Source: Abditibacterium sp.
GTDB taxonomy: Bacteria; Armatimonadota; Abditibacteriia; Abditibacteriales; Abditibacteriaceae
Length of the DNA stretch: 64,000 bases
Reading direction: 5' to 3'
Assembly: GCA_965199495.1 (NCBI GenBank)
Contig: CBDASK010000003.1
Location: 1,984,001-2,048,000 of the forward strand
Numbering within the stretch: the stretch's first letter is position 1; every line of letters begins with the position of its first letter. The position numbers and the translations under genes are program-made. Below the pieces are notes generated by a model that searched no databases, was not told the origin of the DNA, and saw only the letters and a program-made list of their open reading frames with translations. This document shows positions 46,360 to 55,883 of the stretch, piece after piece.

Positions 46360-46760
46360 CACTAAGATTTTAACTTTATTATATCTAAATTAATCAAAGA
46401 AAAAATTTTATATTTGATTTCACTCAAATCACCAAAGCAGAAATCCCCGTTTTTTCGATTTTTATTTGTAATATCAAATTTCCAATAGTTTTCCCTGTGA
46501 GGTAGGGATAACCATAGGGATAGTATGTTAACAACTTTGCAAAACTTTGTGTCAATGTGGATAACAGGGATAACTCGCCAAGTTATCCCCAGGCAATGTG
46601 GATAACTTCGGAGGTGCTGTTTGGCTTTATAAAGCCAACAAATGGGGGTTTTGAAAAAGTTATCCACTTTTCCCTACCCCTAATAATAATAACAAGTATT
46701 TAAATATAAATATTTAAGTACTAAGCCAACGCAAAAAAATTGAAAAACTGGGGATAACTT
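46360..46760. other. Replication origin oriC (DnaA boxes, DnaA-trios, AT-rich unwinding element)
   Basis: Boxes at 46503, 46515, 46556, 46565, 46583, 46597, 46660, 46668 and 46749; tandem boxes followed by CCCC, TAATAATAATAAC and TATTTAAATATAAATATTTAA; very AT-rich. Confidence 0.88.
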
Positions 46761-46775
46761 TTTCGGAGAAGAAAA

Positions 46776-46988
46776 ATGATGATCAACACTCTCGCAAATA
46801 AAAACGAAAACATTACAAAACAGACGGACTGCCCTACCCCATCGGAATATCATCGGGAGACTGCTGAAAATGCGAAACGGGTTGGTTTGGTCTGTCCGAA
46901 CTGCGGAGCCGATCTCGAAGGGCGCAAGTGCAAATTGGTTTGTGTTCGCGTCGGTTGTGGCTATGTCGTCACCTGCTCGGAATGGTGA
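46776..46988 (+). CDS. Small CPxCG-type zinc-finger protein
   Basis: [37 protein letters not shown]. Confidence 0.6.
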   Translation: MMINTLANKNENITKQTDCPTPSEYHRETAENAKRVGLVCPNCGADLEGRKCKLVCVRVGCGYVVTCSEW

Positions 46989-47074
46989 CGAGCGATTGCT
47001 TGACGGTTTTGGAGGCGGCCTTTAGATTTGGTTGGTTAAACTGGGCGTTGCGCTTTGCAAGCGAATTCAAAATC

Positions 47075-47545
47075 ATGAAAATCAAATTCTGGCTGCCGGT
47101 TTTACTGGGCAGCGTCATCGCGGTTGGCGCCGTGGCTCCATCCGCCGAGGCCAAGCCGAAAACCAAGAAAGTGAAAAAGCCCAAAACTGACCAAACCAAT
47201 TCCAAAATGACAACCACAAAATCTGGACTTCAAATCGAGGACATCAAAGTCGGCGACGGCGCCGAGGCCAAGGCGGGCCAAACCGTCACGGTGAACTACA
47301 AGGGCATGCTCACCGACGGCACCGTGTTCGACCAGTCGTATGGCCGTGGGCCGTTCCAGTTCCAACTGGGTGCGGGCATGGTCATCAAGGGCTGGGACGA
47401 GGGCGTGGCCGGAATGCGCGAAGGCGGCAAACGCAAACTCACCATTCCGCCCGCTCTGGCCTACGGCGCAGACGGCGCGGGCGGCGTGATTCCGCCCGAC
47501 GCAACTTTGATCTTTGAAGTCGAATTGATCAAAGCCGGGGCGTAA
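47075..47545 (+). CDS. Exported FKBP-type peptidyl-prolyl isomerase
   Basis: Signal peptide; [46 protein letters not shown]. Confidence 0.93.
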   Translation: MKIKFWLPVLLGSVIAVGAVAPSAEAKPKTKKVKKPKTDQTNSKMTTTKSGLQIEDIKVGDGAEAKAGQTVTVNYKGMLTDGTVFDQSYGRGPFQFQLGAGMVIKGWDEGVAGMREGGKRKLTIPPALAYGADGAGGVIPPDATLIFEVELIKAGA

Positions 47546-47716
47546 ACCAAGTTGCGTAATGGTGTTTAAAACGCCGCTAAGGTGTCTTAAGCGCGTTGTT
47601 TGCCTCGAAGTGGGAACATCGGTCACAAAGTAAAATTGCGGTGCTCTACGGCGCTGTAAGCCGCTTGAAACAATTTGAAGCGTTGCGGCTGGAGAATTAA
47701 CTTCGTGTTTAAAACC

Positions 47717-47760
47717 GAAAATGGGCGCTGAAACTTCTGAGTTTTCAGCGCCTATTTTTC
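47717..47760. terminator. Probable intrinsic terminator upstream of dnaN
   Basis: AAAATGGGCGCTGAAA ... TTTCAGCGCCTATTTTT. Confidence 0.6.
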
Positions 47761-47893
47761 GATTGAAAATGTTGCAGTTAAGTTTTCACGTTCACTGCAA
47801 ACAGCCATCGAAAATTTGAGCCGCTCCGCGCTCCGATAGTTCAAATCGGGTAAAATTACTCCACCTTGCGGCGCTCTGACGCCGAAATTTCTC

Positions 47894-48988
47894 ATGAAAG
47901 TTACCTGCGAACGTTCCTATCTGGCCCAGGCTTTGGGCGTGGCTGGTCGCGCTGTTTCGGCGCGCAATACGCTGCCGATTCTGTCGCACGTCCTGCTCGA
48001 AACCGAGGACGACCGGCTCAAAATCACCGCGACCGATCTCGACACCGCGATTCGCTGCGCGATTCCCGCTTCGATTGCCGAAAACGGCTCCGTCGCGTTG
48101 CCCGCTTCGTCGCTGTCGGATTATATTTCCAAGCTGCCCGATGCGCCCGTCACGCTCGAAATGCAGGACGGCAAAGTCGTCGTGCGTTGCGGCCATTCGC
48201 GCTACACGCTGATGAGTTCGCCCGCCGAAGATTTTCCCGTTGTGCCCGAAGTCGAGCATGGCACCGAAATCACCGTTTCGAGTGCGACGCTCAAAGAGAT
48301 GATTCGCCTAACCGCTTTCGCCGCATCGAAAGAAGAATCGCGCTCGCTTTTGATGGGCGTTTTGTTCGAGGCGCGCGGCAACACTTTGACTCTCGTCGCG
48401 ACCGATACGCATCGTTTGGCGTGGAAACAAACGACGCTATCCGCAGAAGTAGAAACGCCGGTTTCGGCGATAGTTCCGGCCAAACCTTTGGTAGAACTTG
48501 AACGCGTTTTAAAAAATACCGCCGACGAAATGGTAACCATTCGTTTCGGCGCGTCTCAAGTGCAGTTTCAGGCGTCCGATGCGACTTTAGTTTCGCGGGT
48601 TTTGGATGGCCAATTCCCCAACTACGAAAAAGTTATTCCCAAGCAAACCGAAAGAAAGGTTTCGTTCGAGCGTAACGAATTGTTAAACGCCGTTCGTCGC
48701 GTGGATATCGTCTCGCGTGTGGCCTCGCAAAAAATGGTGGTCAACTTCAGCGGCGGCAGCATGACGATGAGCGCCGAATCGCCCGACGCTGGGCAGGCTT
48801 ACGAAGAGATTCCAATCGCGATGGACGGCGACGATTTGCAGATCGCTTTCAACGCCAAATACTTGATGGAAGTTTTGGGCATCGTTTCGGACGATCAATT
48901 GGCGCTCGAACTCAACGGTTCGCTGCAACCGGGCATCCTGCGCGCTGGCCCCGATTTCGTTTATATCGTGATGCCGATGCAAGCGTAA
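47894..48988 (+). CDS. dnaN: DNA polymerase III beta clamp
   Basis: NTLPILSHVLL, ATDLD, VATDTHRL, LDGQFPNYEKVIP, FNAKYL, YIVMPM. Confidence 0.97.
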   Translation: MKVTCERSYLAQALGVAGRAVSARNTLPILSHVLLETEDDRLKITATDLDTAIRCAIPASIAENGSVALPASSLSDYISKLPDAPVTLEMQDGKVVVRCGHSRYTLMSSPAEDFPVVPEVEHGTEITVSSATLKEMIRLTAFAASKEESRSLLMGVLFEARGNTLTLVATDTHRLAWKQTTLSAEVETPVSAIVPAKPLVELERVLKNTADEMVTIRFGASQVQFQASDATLVSRVLDGQFPNYEKVIPKQTERKVSFERNELLNAVRRVDIVSRVASQKMVVNFSGGSMTMSAESPDAGQAYEEIPIAMDGDDLQIAFNAKYLMEVLGIVSDDQLALELNGSLQPGILRAGPDFVYIVMPMQA

Positions 48989-49016
48989 ACGATGAGTAGA
49001 ACTACGGAGGTTTGTA

Positions 49017-49445
49017 ATGAAATTTGATTGGAATTTTGGGCGTAAAAAGCCGAAAGAAGAACCGAAATCAGAGCCGTTAAGCCCCGAAGATCGCAAACGA
49101 ATCGCGACGATGGGAATCGTCGCGATTCCTCGTCCCAAAACTGGCGAAATGGAAGCTCCCGATGGTGCGGGAAATCCCGAAAAACCAGATGGTCAATTGG
49201 AAACGAGAGCGGGCAATTTTATCTCTTTGGAAGCCATCGAAATCGTCGCGCCTTGTTCGGCCAACTGGGACGAAATGTGCGGTCTGAGTAAGCGCGCGCG
49301 GTTTTGCGCCAATTGTCAGAAAGAGGTGCATGATTTATCGGCTTTAACGCGCGAGCAAACAGAACAGTTAATACGCGACAATCAAGGTCATTTTTGTGCC
49401 TTGATTTATCGGCATAATGACCGTAGCATCATTTCGGCTGATTGA
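49017..49445 (+). CDS. Hypothetical Cys-rich protein (PC..W..M...RFC..C..V.DLS domain), possibly truncated
   Basis: SD GGAGG; APCSANWDEM..RFCANCQKEVHDLS..C..YR..D. Confidence 0.6.
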   Translation: MKFDWNFGRKKPKEEPKSEPLSPEDRKRIATMGIVAIPRPKTGEMEAPDGAGNPEKPDGQLETRAGNFISLEAIEIVAPCSANWDEMCGLSKRARFCANCQKEVHDLSALTREQTEQLIRDNQGHFCALIYRHNDRSIISAD

Positions 49446-49494
49446 AAAGTAGGAGTATTTTAATGTTGCCTGAAATTAAATTTATTCGGAATCC

Positions 49495-50715
49495 ATGATA
49501 GTTAAGTCGCTTCGTCTCAACCATTTTCGTAATTATGCGGCGCAGGAAGTAAAATTCCCGCCCGGACTCATCGCTTTAACTGGGGATAATGGACAGGGTA
49601 AAACGAATTTATTAGAAGCGGTTTGTGTATTGGCAACAACGAAATCGCCTTTGGTCGAGCGAGACCGCGAATTGATTCGGTGGCACGAACGCGGCGCCAA
49701 ACTCAGCGCCGAAGTCGAAATCGGGCGCCCGCGCCCCGATGGTTCGCCCGATATTCGCAAACTGGAATATTCGTGGCGCATCGAAGGCAATTCCCTCGCG
49801 CGCGAGATGAAAGCGGGCGGCGTGCCTCAATCGGCTGTCGCGGCGTGGCTGGGACAACTGCAAGTCGTCGCGTTCTTTCCGCATGATCTGGCCCTGCTCA
49901 CTGGCGAACCCGAAGGCAGACGCCGATTCCTCAACCTCGAACTGGGCAAAACGCGCCCGGCTTACTTCGCCGATGTCGCGCGCTATCGGCGCACTTTGCA
50001 GCAACGCAACGCCCTGCTCAAACATCACCTCGACGTGAAGTGGCGCGGCGCTATGCCCGAAGACGACATGGGCACGTTGGCTTCGTGGAACAAGCAAATC
50101 GTCAGTTACGGCAGCCGGATTTTGGCCGAACGCGCGCGCTTTTTTGAAGAAATGGCGCCGATTTTAAGCGAGGTTCACGGCAAATTGTCGGGCTTGGATA
50201 CGCCGTTTTCCATTGAGTATTTGCCGGGTTTATCGGCGCTGAAAAAGGGCGGCGAAAGTTTCGACGGCGATCATTTTTCCGGTTTGATGGAGAGTTCGCT
50301 CAAACTCGACGACCGCGACGACCGGCGGCGAGGAACCACGGCGTCGGGGCCGCACCGCGACGAAATGGTTTTTCGTTTGGGCGAGATGGATTTGCGTAGA
50401 TATGGTTCGCAGGGTCAACAAAGATTGGGCGTGCTATCACTTAAAATCGCGCTGGCACGATGGGTTAAAGAGACGACCGATGAAGCGCCGATATTGTTGT
50501 TAGACGATGCTTTATCCGAATTGGACGCGACGCGGCGCGAACTATTGTTGGAAGAGGCCAGAGCTTTTCCACAAAGTATCGTGACAGCCACCGACGCGAC
50601 ATTTATTCAAAATGCGGCGGCGGTATTTCGGGTGGAAAACGGGCGTATTGTGGAAAATTCGGCGCAGATAAACCAGAATGAACCCGCGTTAAACCAAGTG
50701 AATGAAAGTTCGTAA
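49495..50715 (+). CDS. recF: DNA replication/repair protein RecF
   Basis: FRNY, GDNGQGKTNLLEA, RRRFL, QRNALL, GPHRD, GSQGQQR, ILLLDDALSELD. Confidence 0.97.
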   Translation: MIVKSLRLNHFRNYAAQEVKFPPGLIALTGDNGQGKTNLLEAVCVLATTKSPLVERDRELIRWHERGAKLSAEVEIGRPRPDGSPDIRKLEYSWRIEGNSLAREMKAGGVPQSAVAAWLGQLQVVAFFPHDLALLTGEPEGRRRFLNLELGKTRPAYFADVARYRRTLQQRNALLKHHLDVKWRGAMPEDDMGTLASWNKQIVSYGSRILAERARFFEEMAPILSEVHGKLSGLDTPFSIEYLPGLSALKKGGESFDGDHFSGLMESSLKLDDRDDRRRGTTASGPHRDEMVFRLGEMDLRRYGSQGQQRLGVLSLKIALARWVKETTDEAPILLLDDALSELDATRRELLLEEARAFPQSIVTATDATFIQNAAAVFRVENGRIVENSAQINQNEPALNQVNESS

Positions 50716-50721
50716 CGAAAG

Positions 50722-50753
50722 TTATCCATAGTTTTATCCATAGGTGTGGATAA
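50722..50753. promoter_or_regulatory. DnaA-box cluster between recF and dciA
   Basis: TTATCCATA at 50722 and 50734; TGTGGATAA at 50745. Confidence 0.75.
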
Positions 50754-50857
50754 GTCGGGTTGTTTGGGATATTTAAAAAGTGAAACGGTTGTTTTTGCCG
50801 TATTTCGCCGAAAAACTCACAGTTGGCATTCACTGAAAGCGGGCACACTTGAAAGCA

Positions 50858-51409
50858 ATGGAAAACGTCGGCAGCATCGTCAATGGGGTTTTGGACGCGC
50901 GCGGGTGGCGCGGCAAAGTCCTCGAAAAGATGGCGGTCGAGTTGTGGAGCGAAGTCGTGGGCGACCCGATTAACCATCACACTCTGGCTGAGCGGTTCGT
51001 CGGCGGCACGCTTTATGTGCGCGCGCGTTCGCCGCAGTGGACGCACGAACTGCATTTTCTCGAAGCGCGCATTATCGCGCGCCTCAATGGGCGCTTGAAA
51101 CAGCCGATTGTCCAGAAAATCCGCGCGAGCGTGACGGCACCGCCGGGCACGCCGAAATCGAAATTGAAACCCGACTGGGAAGACCCGACTTTCCCTGCCG
51201 CGCCGCACAAAGACAAGAGCGCGCCCGTCCCGACCGACGACGTGGCTGCGAATCGGGGACGCGAACTGGCCGCCGAAATCGAAGACGAAGAAATGCGCGA
51301 GGTTATGGCGCGTTTCATTGCGTCGGTGATGCGCGCCAACGACGAACGCCCGCCCGTGCCCGAAGGCAAAGCCACGCCGGTCGCGCCTATCGGCGATTCG
51401 CGGCGTTAG
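50858..51409 (+). CDS. dciA: DUF721 / DciA family protein
   Basis: W.EVVG..I..HT, GTLYVRARSPQWTHELHF..II.RLN; canonical position after recF. Confidence 0.85.
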   Translation: MENVGSIVNGVLDARGWRGKVLEKMAVELWSEVVGDPINHHTLAERFVGGTLYVRARSPQWTHELHFLEARIIARLNGRLKQPIVQKIRASVTAPPGTPKSKLKPDWEDPTFPAAPHKDKSAPVPTDDVAANRGRELAAEIEDEEMREVMARFIASVMRANDERPPVPEGKATPVAPIGDSRR

Positions 51410-51417
51410 GTGAGTGT

Positions 51418-52266
51418 TTAATTTTTGATTTTGACGATTTTCGCGCTGACGACTTTTTCCATTTCCTTTTCGCTCGGAATATAAGCCGATGCTTGACCCG
51501 TTTCGCCGATGGCCGTGTAGAAGACTTTCGTCATCGAAATGCCGTTGCCGTAGTCGTTTTGCGGGCCGACGAGAATGCCGTCTTTGTCGCGGAATTGAAT
51601 GTAGAACGCTGGTCGCGCGCCTGTTTCGACTTTCGCTTTGAGATAGAAAAACATCTCGTTGGCGGGCGGCTTCGGGTATTCGTAGCGCACGACTTCAAAA
51701 TAATCTTCCATCTCGCTGAAATCAATTTTTGGTTGTCCGTTCTCGTCGCGTGTGTCTTGTTTGTTTTCGTCGGTCGCGCCCGTTTTCGGCGCTTGTGCGC
51801 CAACTTTCGGTTGCTTGTTTGTTGTCGGAGCTTTCGCCGTTCCGCCTTGCTGATGCTCGTCTTTTTCCTGCGTGATTCGCTCGTTTTCTTTTCCCATTTC
51901 CCATTCGTCGAACGAATTGCGATAGAAGTAATAAACGCCGCGCGTCATGTGTTGCAAATGATAAGTCCCCCCGTTTTTGTGCGTCGTGAAATCCACTTTG
52001 ACCGGATAAGTTAAATAAGTCGCGGGCGGAATTTGAAACGTATGCCTTACAGCGGGCGCGATTCGCACGGGACTGTCGAAAGTCACGCTGCAATCGTCGC
52101 TTTTGTCGCAGTTGTGCGTCCACCAATCGGTGAAATAGGCTTTGACCTCCTTTTCGGTAATTGGGCCTTTCTTCTGCGCGAAGCTGGGCCGAAGCGCGCC
52201 GAGCAGAAAGACAGCGGTGATTGCCAGCAGTAACGATTGTCGTCGCGGATTGAGTTGGATTTTCAT
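51418..52266 (-). CDS. Secreted hypothetical protein
   Basis: ATG at 52266 after AGGAG; signal peptide ..SFA|Q. Confidence 0.65.
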   Translation of the reverse strand: MKIQLNPRRQSLLLAITAVFLLGALRPSFAQKKGPITEKEVKAYFTDWWTHNCDKSDDCSVTFDSPVRIAPAVRHTFQIPPATYLTYPVKVDFTTHKNGGTYHLQHMTRGVYYFYRNSFDEWEMGKENERITQEKDEHQQGGTAKAPTTNKQPKVGAQAPKTGATDENKQDTRDENGQPKIDFSEMEDYFEVVRYEYPKPPANEMFFYLKAKVETGARPAFYIQFRDKDGILVGPQNDYGNGISMTKVFYTAIGETGQASAYIPSEKEMEKVVSAKIVKIKN

Positions 52267-52399
52267 TTGGATTTCTCCTGTTGTTTTTATCGGCCACCGC
52301 ACCGAAAGCGTTTTAACTGGCGGCGCGTTAATCCATTCGCCTTCGATTGTCGTTCGACAATTGGCACGCTTTTCTAAAATAACGGGCGTTCGCAAACGA

Positions 52400-53770
52400 C
52401 TATTTGACCAAGTAGAGCATGGGCGAGTCCGGGTTGCTGCCCGCGTAAGTCGGCTTCTTCCATTCGACGGTTGCTGTCGGCAGCCACGTCGCCGTCCAAT
52501 CTCCTCCGCCATAAGGATTTGCCGACGACAAGCGCAAATCGTGCAGGGCGCCGTTCGCTTCGCGCAGTCGGGCCGTCGCTTGGTAAAGCCCGATGGGGAT
52601 GCCATAAACATTCACGCTGACCGCAATGGGAAACTCGCGCACGATGGGCGCGGTGCCGACCGAATTATCTATGCGCGGGTCTGCCGTTGGAGTGAGAGTC
52701 AGAATGATCTGCGAGCCGGGGAAAGCGCCCAGAAGTCCCGTGTCAAAGGCGCCAGCTCCGTTGGCGCAACCCACGCTAATGTTGCCGCCATAGCGATAAG
52801 AATGCGCGTCGTCGCCGAGGGAATATTCAACGGTGTTTTGCGCGGAATAGCCCGGTTGCGGGCCATCTATCTTCAATACGAAATCGCGCACGATGCCTTT
52901 GTCTGCGGTGCCGTTATAATCCCAGGGTTCGCTCGCAAAAGGAATGGGCTGAGTCGGCTGCAAATCCAGCAGCCAAGGATTGTTGCGGTAGGAGACATGG
53001 CCGCGTGCCACGATGTGCGTGATGAGCAAGCCTTTTTGCATCGGCAATTCGTAGTAGCCGTGCTTGCCCTCGGCGTTGCCTTGCCCATAGAGCTGGCCCG
53101 ACGCCATGACGCTGAAGTCTTCGATGGGCCGTCCGTCTTCGTAAAGCGCCCGCCCGATGATGAAACCGGCTTTGGGCGCAAGCGGCGGCAACTTGATCGC
53201 TTTGGTGGGTGACTTAACAGGCGCGGCGGGCGTTGGTTTGATCGCTTTAGCGGGCGCATCCGCTCCGCAGTTGGTGGGCGTGCCACCTTTGGCCGCTTCC
53301 CCCAAGGCCTGCTTTTGCGCTGCGGTGAGTGGCGGCGCGGCACCAGCTCGCGCATCAGGAGCCACGTCGGCCATTTTCTGCGCGGCGTCGGCCTGCGCGG
53401 TTTTGCCTTCGGCGCGCAGTGCGTCGGCCAAAGCCTGCCACGCTTCTTTGTAGCGCGGATCGGTCTGGATGGATTTACGAAACTCGGCTTCGGCCTCGGC
53501 ATACTTCTTTTGGCCCATGAAACCCATGCCGTTGTCGTAAAATTCCGTTTCGTCTCCGGCATCGCAATTGAGATGTTGTTTCGCTCGCGCGGCGATTATC
53601 GCGCCGGTTCGTGACTGTTTTTTATCTTCGCAAACTCGCGGAGCGCGCGCTCTACAAGGTGCGCCGCTGCCGTTTTGTGCGAATGCCGAAGTCAGCGCGC
53701 CAAACGTAGAAAGCGTTGCCACTGTTGCCAGCAAGATCGCTTTCGGGCGTTGATTGTTTTGGTTCTTCAT
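52400..53770 (-). CDS. Secreted protein with TPR and beta-rich C-terminal region
   Basis: ATG at 53770 after AAGGA; signal ..AFA|Q; TPR YAEAEAEFRKSIQTDPRYKEAWQALADAL. Confidence 0.7.
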   Translation of the reverse strand: MKNQNNQRPKAILLATVATLSTFGALTSAFAQNGSGAPCRARAPRVCEDKKQSRTGAIIAARAKQHLNCDAGDETEFYDNGMGFMGQKKYAEAEAEFRKSIQTDPRYKEAWQALADALRAEGKTAQADAAQKMADVAPDARAGAAPPLTAAQKQALGEAAKGGTPTNCGADAPAKAIKPTPAAPVKSPTKAIKLPPLAPKAGFIIGRALYEDGRPIEDFSVMASGQLYGQGNAEGKHGYYELPMQKGLLITHIVARGHVSYRNNPWLLDLQPTQPIPFASEPWDYNGTADKGIVRDFVLKIDGPQPGYSAQNTVEYSLGDDAHSYRYGGNISVGCANGAGAFDTGLLGAFPGSQIILTLTPTADPRIDNSVGTAPIVREFPIAVSVNVYGIPIGLYQATARLREANGALHDLRLSSANPYGGGDWTATWLPTATVEWKKPTYAGSNPDSPMLYLVK

Positions 53771-53917
53771 GTTTATCGTTTCCTTTGAGATTTGTCTTTC
53801 GACGAATTGACGCCCCATCAATGATTCGTGTCCAATGGGCGAATTCGCAAGTCGAGTTGATAATGGCAACATCCCGACTTGAGAAAGTCGGGACGTTGTT
53901 TTGTGGAAAGCGATATT

Positions 53918-55639
53918 TTATGTAGGCTCCGAATAGGGTTGCGAATAAGTGACGTGAACCGCCGACGAATTGGTTTCGATCAGATCGGTGACGCCGTCGT
54001 TGCTGCGTGCTTTTTGGAAGCGAAAACGCACATACAATTGTTGCTGCCCCGCGCTGACCGCTTTCTTCACCAAAGACGTGATGTCAACGGTGGTTTTGGC
54101 TTGTGGACTGGTGGTCGCCAGCACCGCGCTACTGTCCAAAGCTCCATCGTTGAGCGAGAAAGAATCGTTGGCGAATTCGACATAAAGCGGGCCGAGTTTG
54201 TTAAAGGGATCGCCTTTTTGCGAAGTCAAAACCTGGCCGATGTCCACTTTGGCGGATACGACCGACGTGTTGGGCGGAAGCGTGCCAATGTTATAGGAGT
54301 GGATGATTTGAATCGCGCCATTGCCGCTGCCTTCCTGGTCGCCGACGAGCGCGCGAACTGTCGAAGTGCCCTCGCTGCCATTGGCCAGACGAACCTTCGT
54401 TTTGTCGTCTAACGGATAAAGATCGCCGGTGAAAGTAGTGGGTGGCCCGCTTGGAGTCGGCGCGGTTGTCGGCACTGCTGTCGGCATTGTCGTCGGATGT
54501 GCTGTCGGCGCGGTTGTTGGTTTGGGCGTTGGGGTCGGCGTGGTTGCCGTTGTGGTGATGGTGCCAAACGAAGGCTGCACGCCATCCGTGATGACAAAAA
54601 TGCTGCCGGTCGTGCCGCCGACCGGCACAGAAACGATTTTTCCGTCGCGGCTGTAGACGATGCTCTGCTGACTTCTCCAAAAGCTGGGCGCGCTGTTGGT
54701 GCCATCCGTGGGTGAAACCGGCTTCCAATCGGTCGGCACAATCGCTTTGCCATCGGAGGGAATCAGGAAAATGCGCGGATTGGTCGCTATGTCGGCGCTT
54801 TCAAAGAAGATTTGCGGCCCCACCGACGAGAAAATCGGATTACCGGTCGAGCCGTTAAATGTGGGCGTCGGCGAGTTCGCGCCGCCGTTCAAATGATGCG
54901 TCAGACGCGTCAGATTTGTCGGCGTTGTCGAGCCTGCGGCAAAGGTCAGCTTGTAAAGCTCGGAAATGTCTTTTTTGGTGGCCTGGCCCAGATTCATACG
55001 ATAATTGCGGTCGGTGGCGAACACCATCTGCGTGCCGTCGCTCGACCATTCGGCGTCGTATTCGTCGGAAAGCGTGTCGGTATATTCGCGCTCACCCGTC
55101 GTTGTTGGCGTGCCGGGCGGGTTGATCGAAGTGTCGGGATTGTTCGCCAGACCGGTGAGTTTGGTGACCTTATTCGTCTTGAGGTTGATCAGATAAATGT
55201 GGGCCAGACCCGCACGGGTTTCCTGACCGGTGAAACTGATTTCATCGGCGTTTCTCCAGGCCGGATCGGTGGCGACGCGAAAGGTGAGGTCGCCGTCAGT
55301 CGGCACGACTTTTTGATTGGAACCGTCGGCGTCCATCGTCCAGATTTGAGTGCCGCGCACGAACACGATCTTGTTGTTGGCAAGCGCCGGTTGGCTGTCG
55401 GTGCTGCTGGTCGTGAGTGGGTGCGCGTTTTTGCCGCCGCTATCCACGATCCATATCGGCCCTGAACCGCGCGGATCGGACGGATTGGTGCCCGTGGGCC
55501 GCACGAAAACGATCTTTTCGCTGGAACTTGTGGAGGGCGGATTTAGCAGAGAGGAATCGGAGCCGCCGCAACCGTTGAGGATCAAAGCCCCGCCCAGAAC
55601 GGCGGTGGCATACGCGAGATGTTTGAGTGAAGAAGACAT
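53918..55639 (-). CDS. Lipoprotein with TolB-like (PD40) propeller, PT-rich linker and C-terminal beta domain
   Basis: Lipobox LNGC; KIVFVR..IWTMDADGSN, AEWSSDGTQMVFATDR; PTPTPKPTTAPT linker. Confidence 0.78.
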   Translation of the reverse strand: MSSSLKHLAYATAVLGGALILNGCGGSDSSLLNPPSTSSSEKIVFVRPTGTNPSDPRGSGPIWIVDSGGKNAHPLTTSSTDSQPALANNKIVFVRGTQIWTMDADGSNQKVVPTDGDLTFRVATDPAWRNADEISFTGQETRAGLAHIYLINLKTNKVTKLTGLANNPDTSINPPGTPTTTGEREYTDTLSDEYDAEWSSDGTQMVFATDRNYRMNLGQATKKDISELYKLTFAAGSTTPTNLTRLTHHLNGGANSPTPTFNGSTGNPIFSSVGPQIFFESADIATNPRIFLIPSDGKAIVPTDWKPVSPTDGTNSAPSFWRSQQSIVYSRDGKIVSVPVGGTTGSIFVITDGVQPSFGTITTTATTPTPTPKPTTAPTAHPTTMPTAVPTTAPTPSGPPTTFTGDLYPLDDKTKVRLANGSEGTSTVRALVGDQEGSGNGAIQIIHSYNIGTLPPNTSVVSAKVDIGQVLTSQKGDPFNKLGPLYVEFANDSFSLNDGALDSSAVLATTSPQAKTTVDITSLVKKAVSAGQQQLYVRFRFQKARSNDGVTDLIETNSSAVHVTYSQPYSEPT

Positions 55640-55717
55640 GATGATGAAATCGGAGAAATTTCTCAATGTTGCGTCAATCAACGGAACATAATGAGTTCGC
55701 CCACTTTCGTGTCTCGG

Positions 55718-55773
55718 AAATTGAGCTTTGTTGACCGCTTCTCTCCTGTCAAGCGGCCAATAAAGCTCAATTT
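55718..55773. other. 23-bp imperfect inverted repeat in a divergent intergenic region
   Basis: AAATTGAGCTTTGTTGACCGCTT-N10-AAGCGGCCAATAAAGCTCAATTT. Confidence 0.6.
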
Positions 55774-55883
55774 TAAAAAATCATCATGTCAACACAATGT
55801 CAAAACTTGAAAAAGTGATGGTTTTGGAAGCAAAACTGCTCGTTTGTTCGGATTTTTATGTGTCGTTGCGCCCTCAAAAATAG

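Noticed and set aside
46362..46667. 101-aa minus-strand ORF
   Set aside because: Overlaps the DnaA boxes and AT-rich tract of oriC; composition reflects the origin sequence
42770..51409. parS sites and tRNA/rRNA genes near the origin
   Set aside because: No TGTTTCACGTGAAACA-like match or tRNA cloverleaf found by eye; degenerate sites cannot be excluded without a scan
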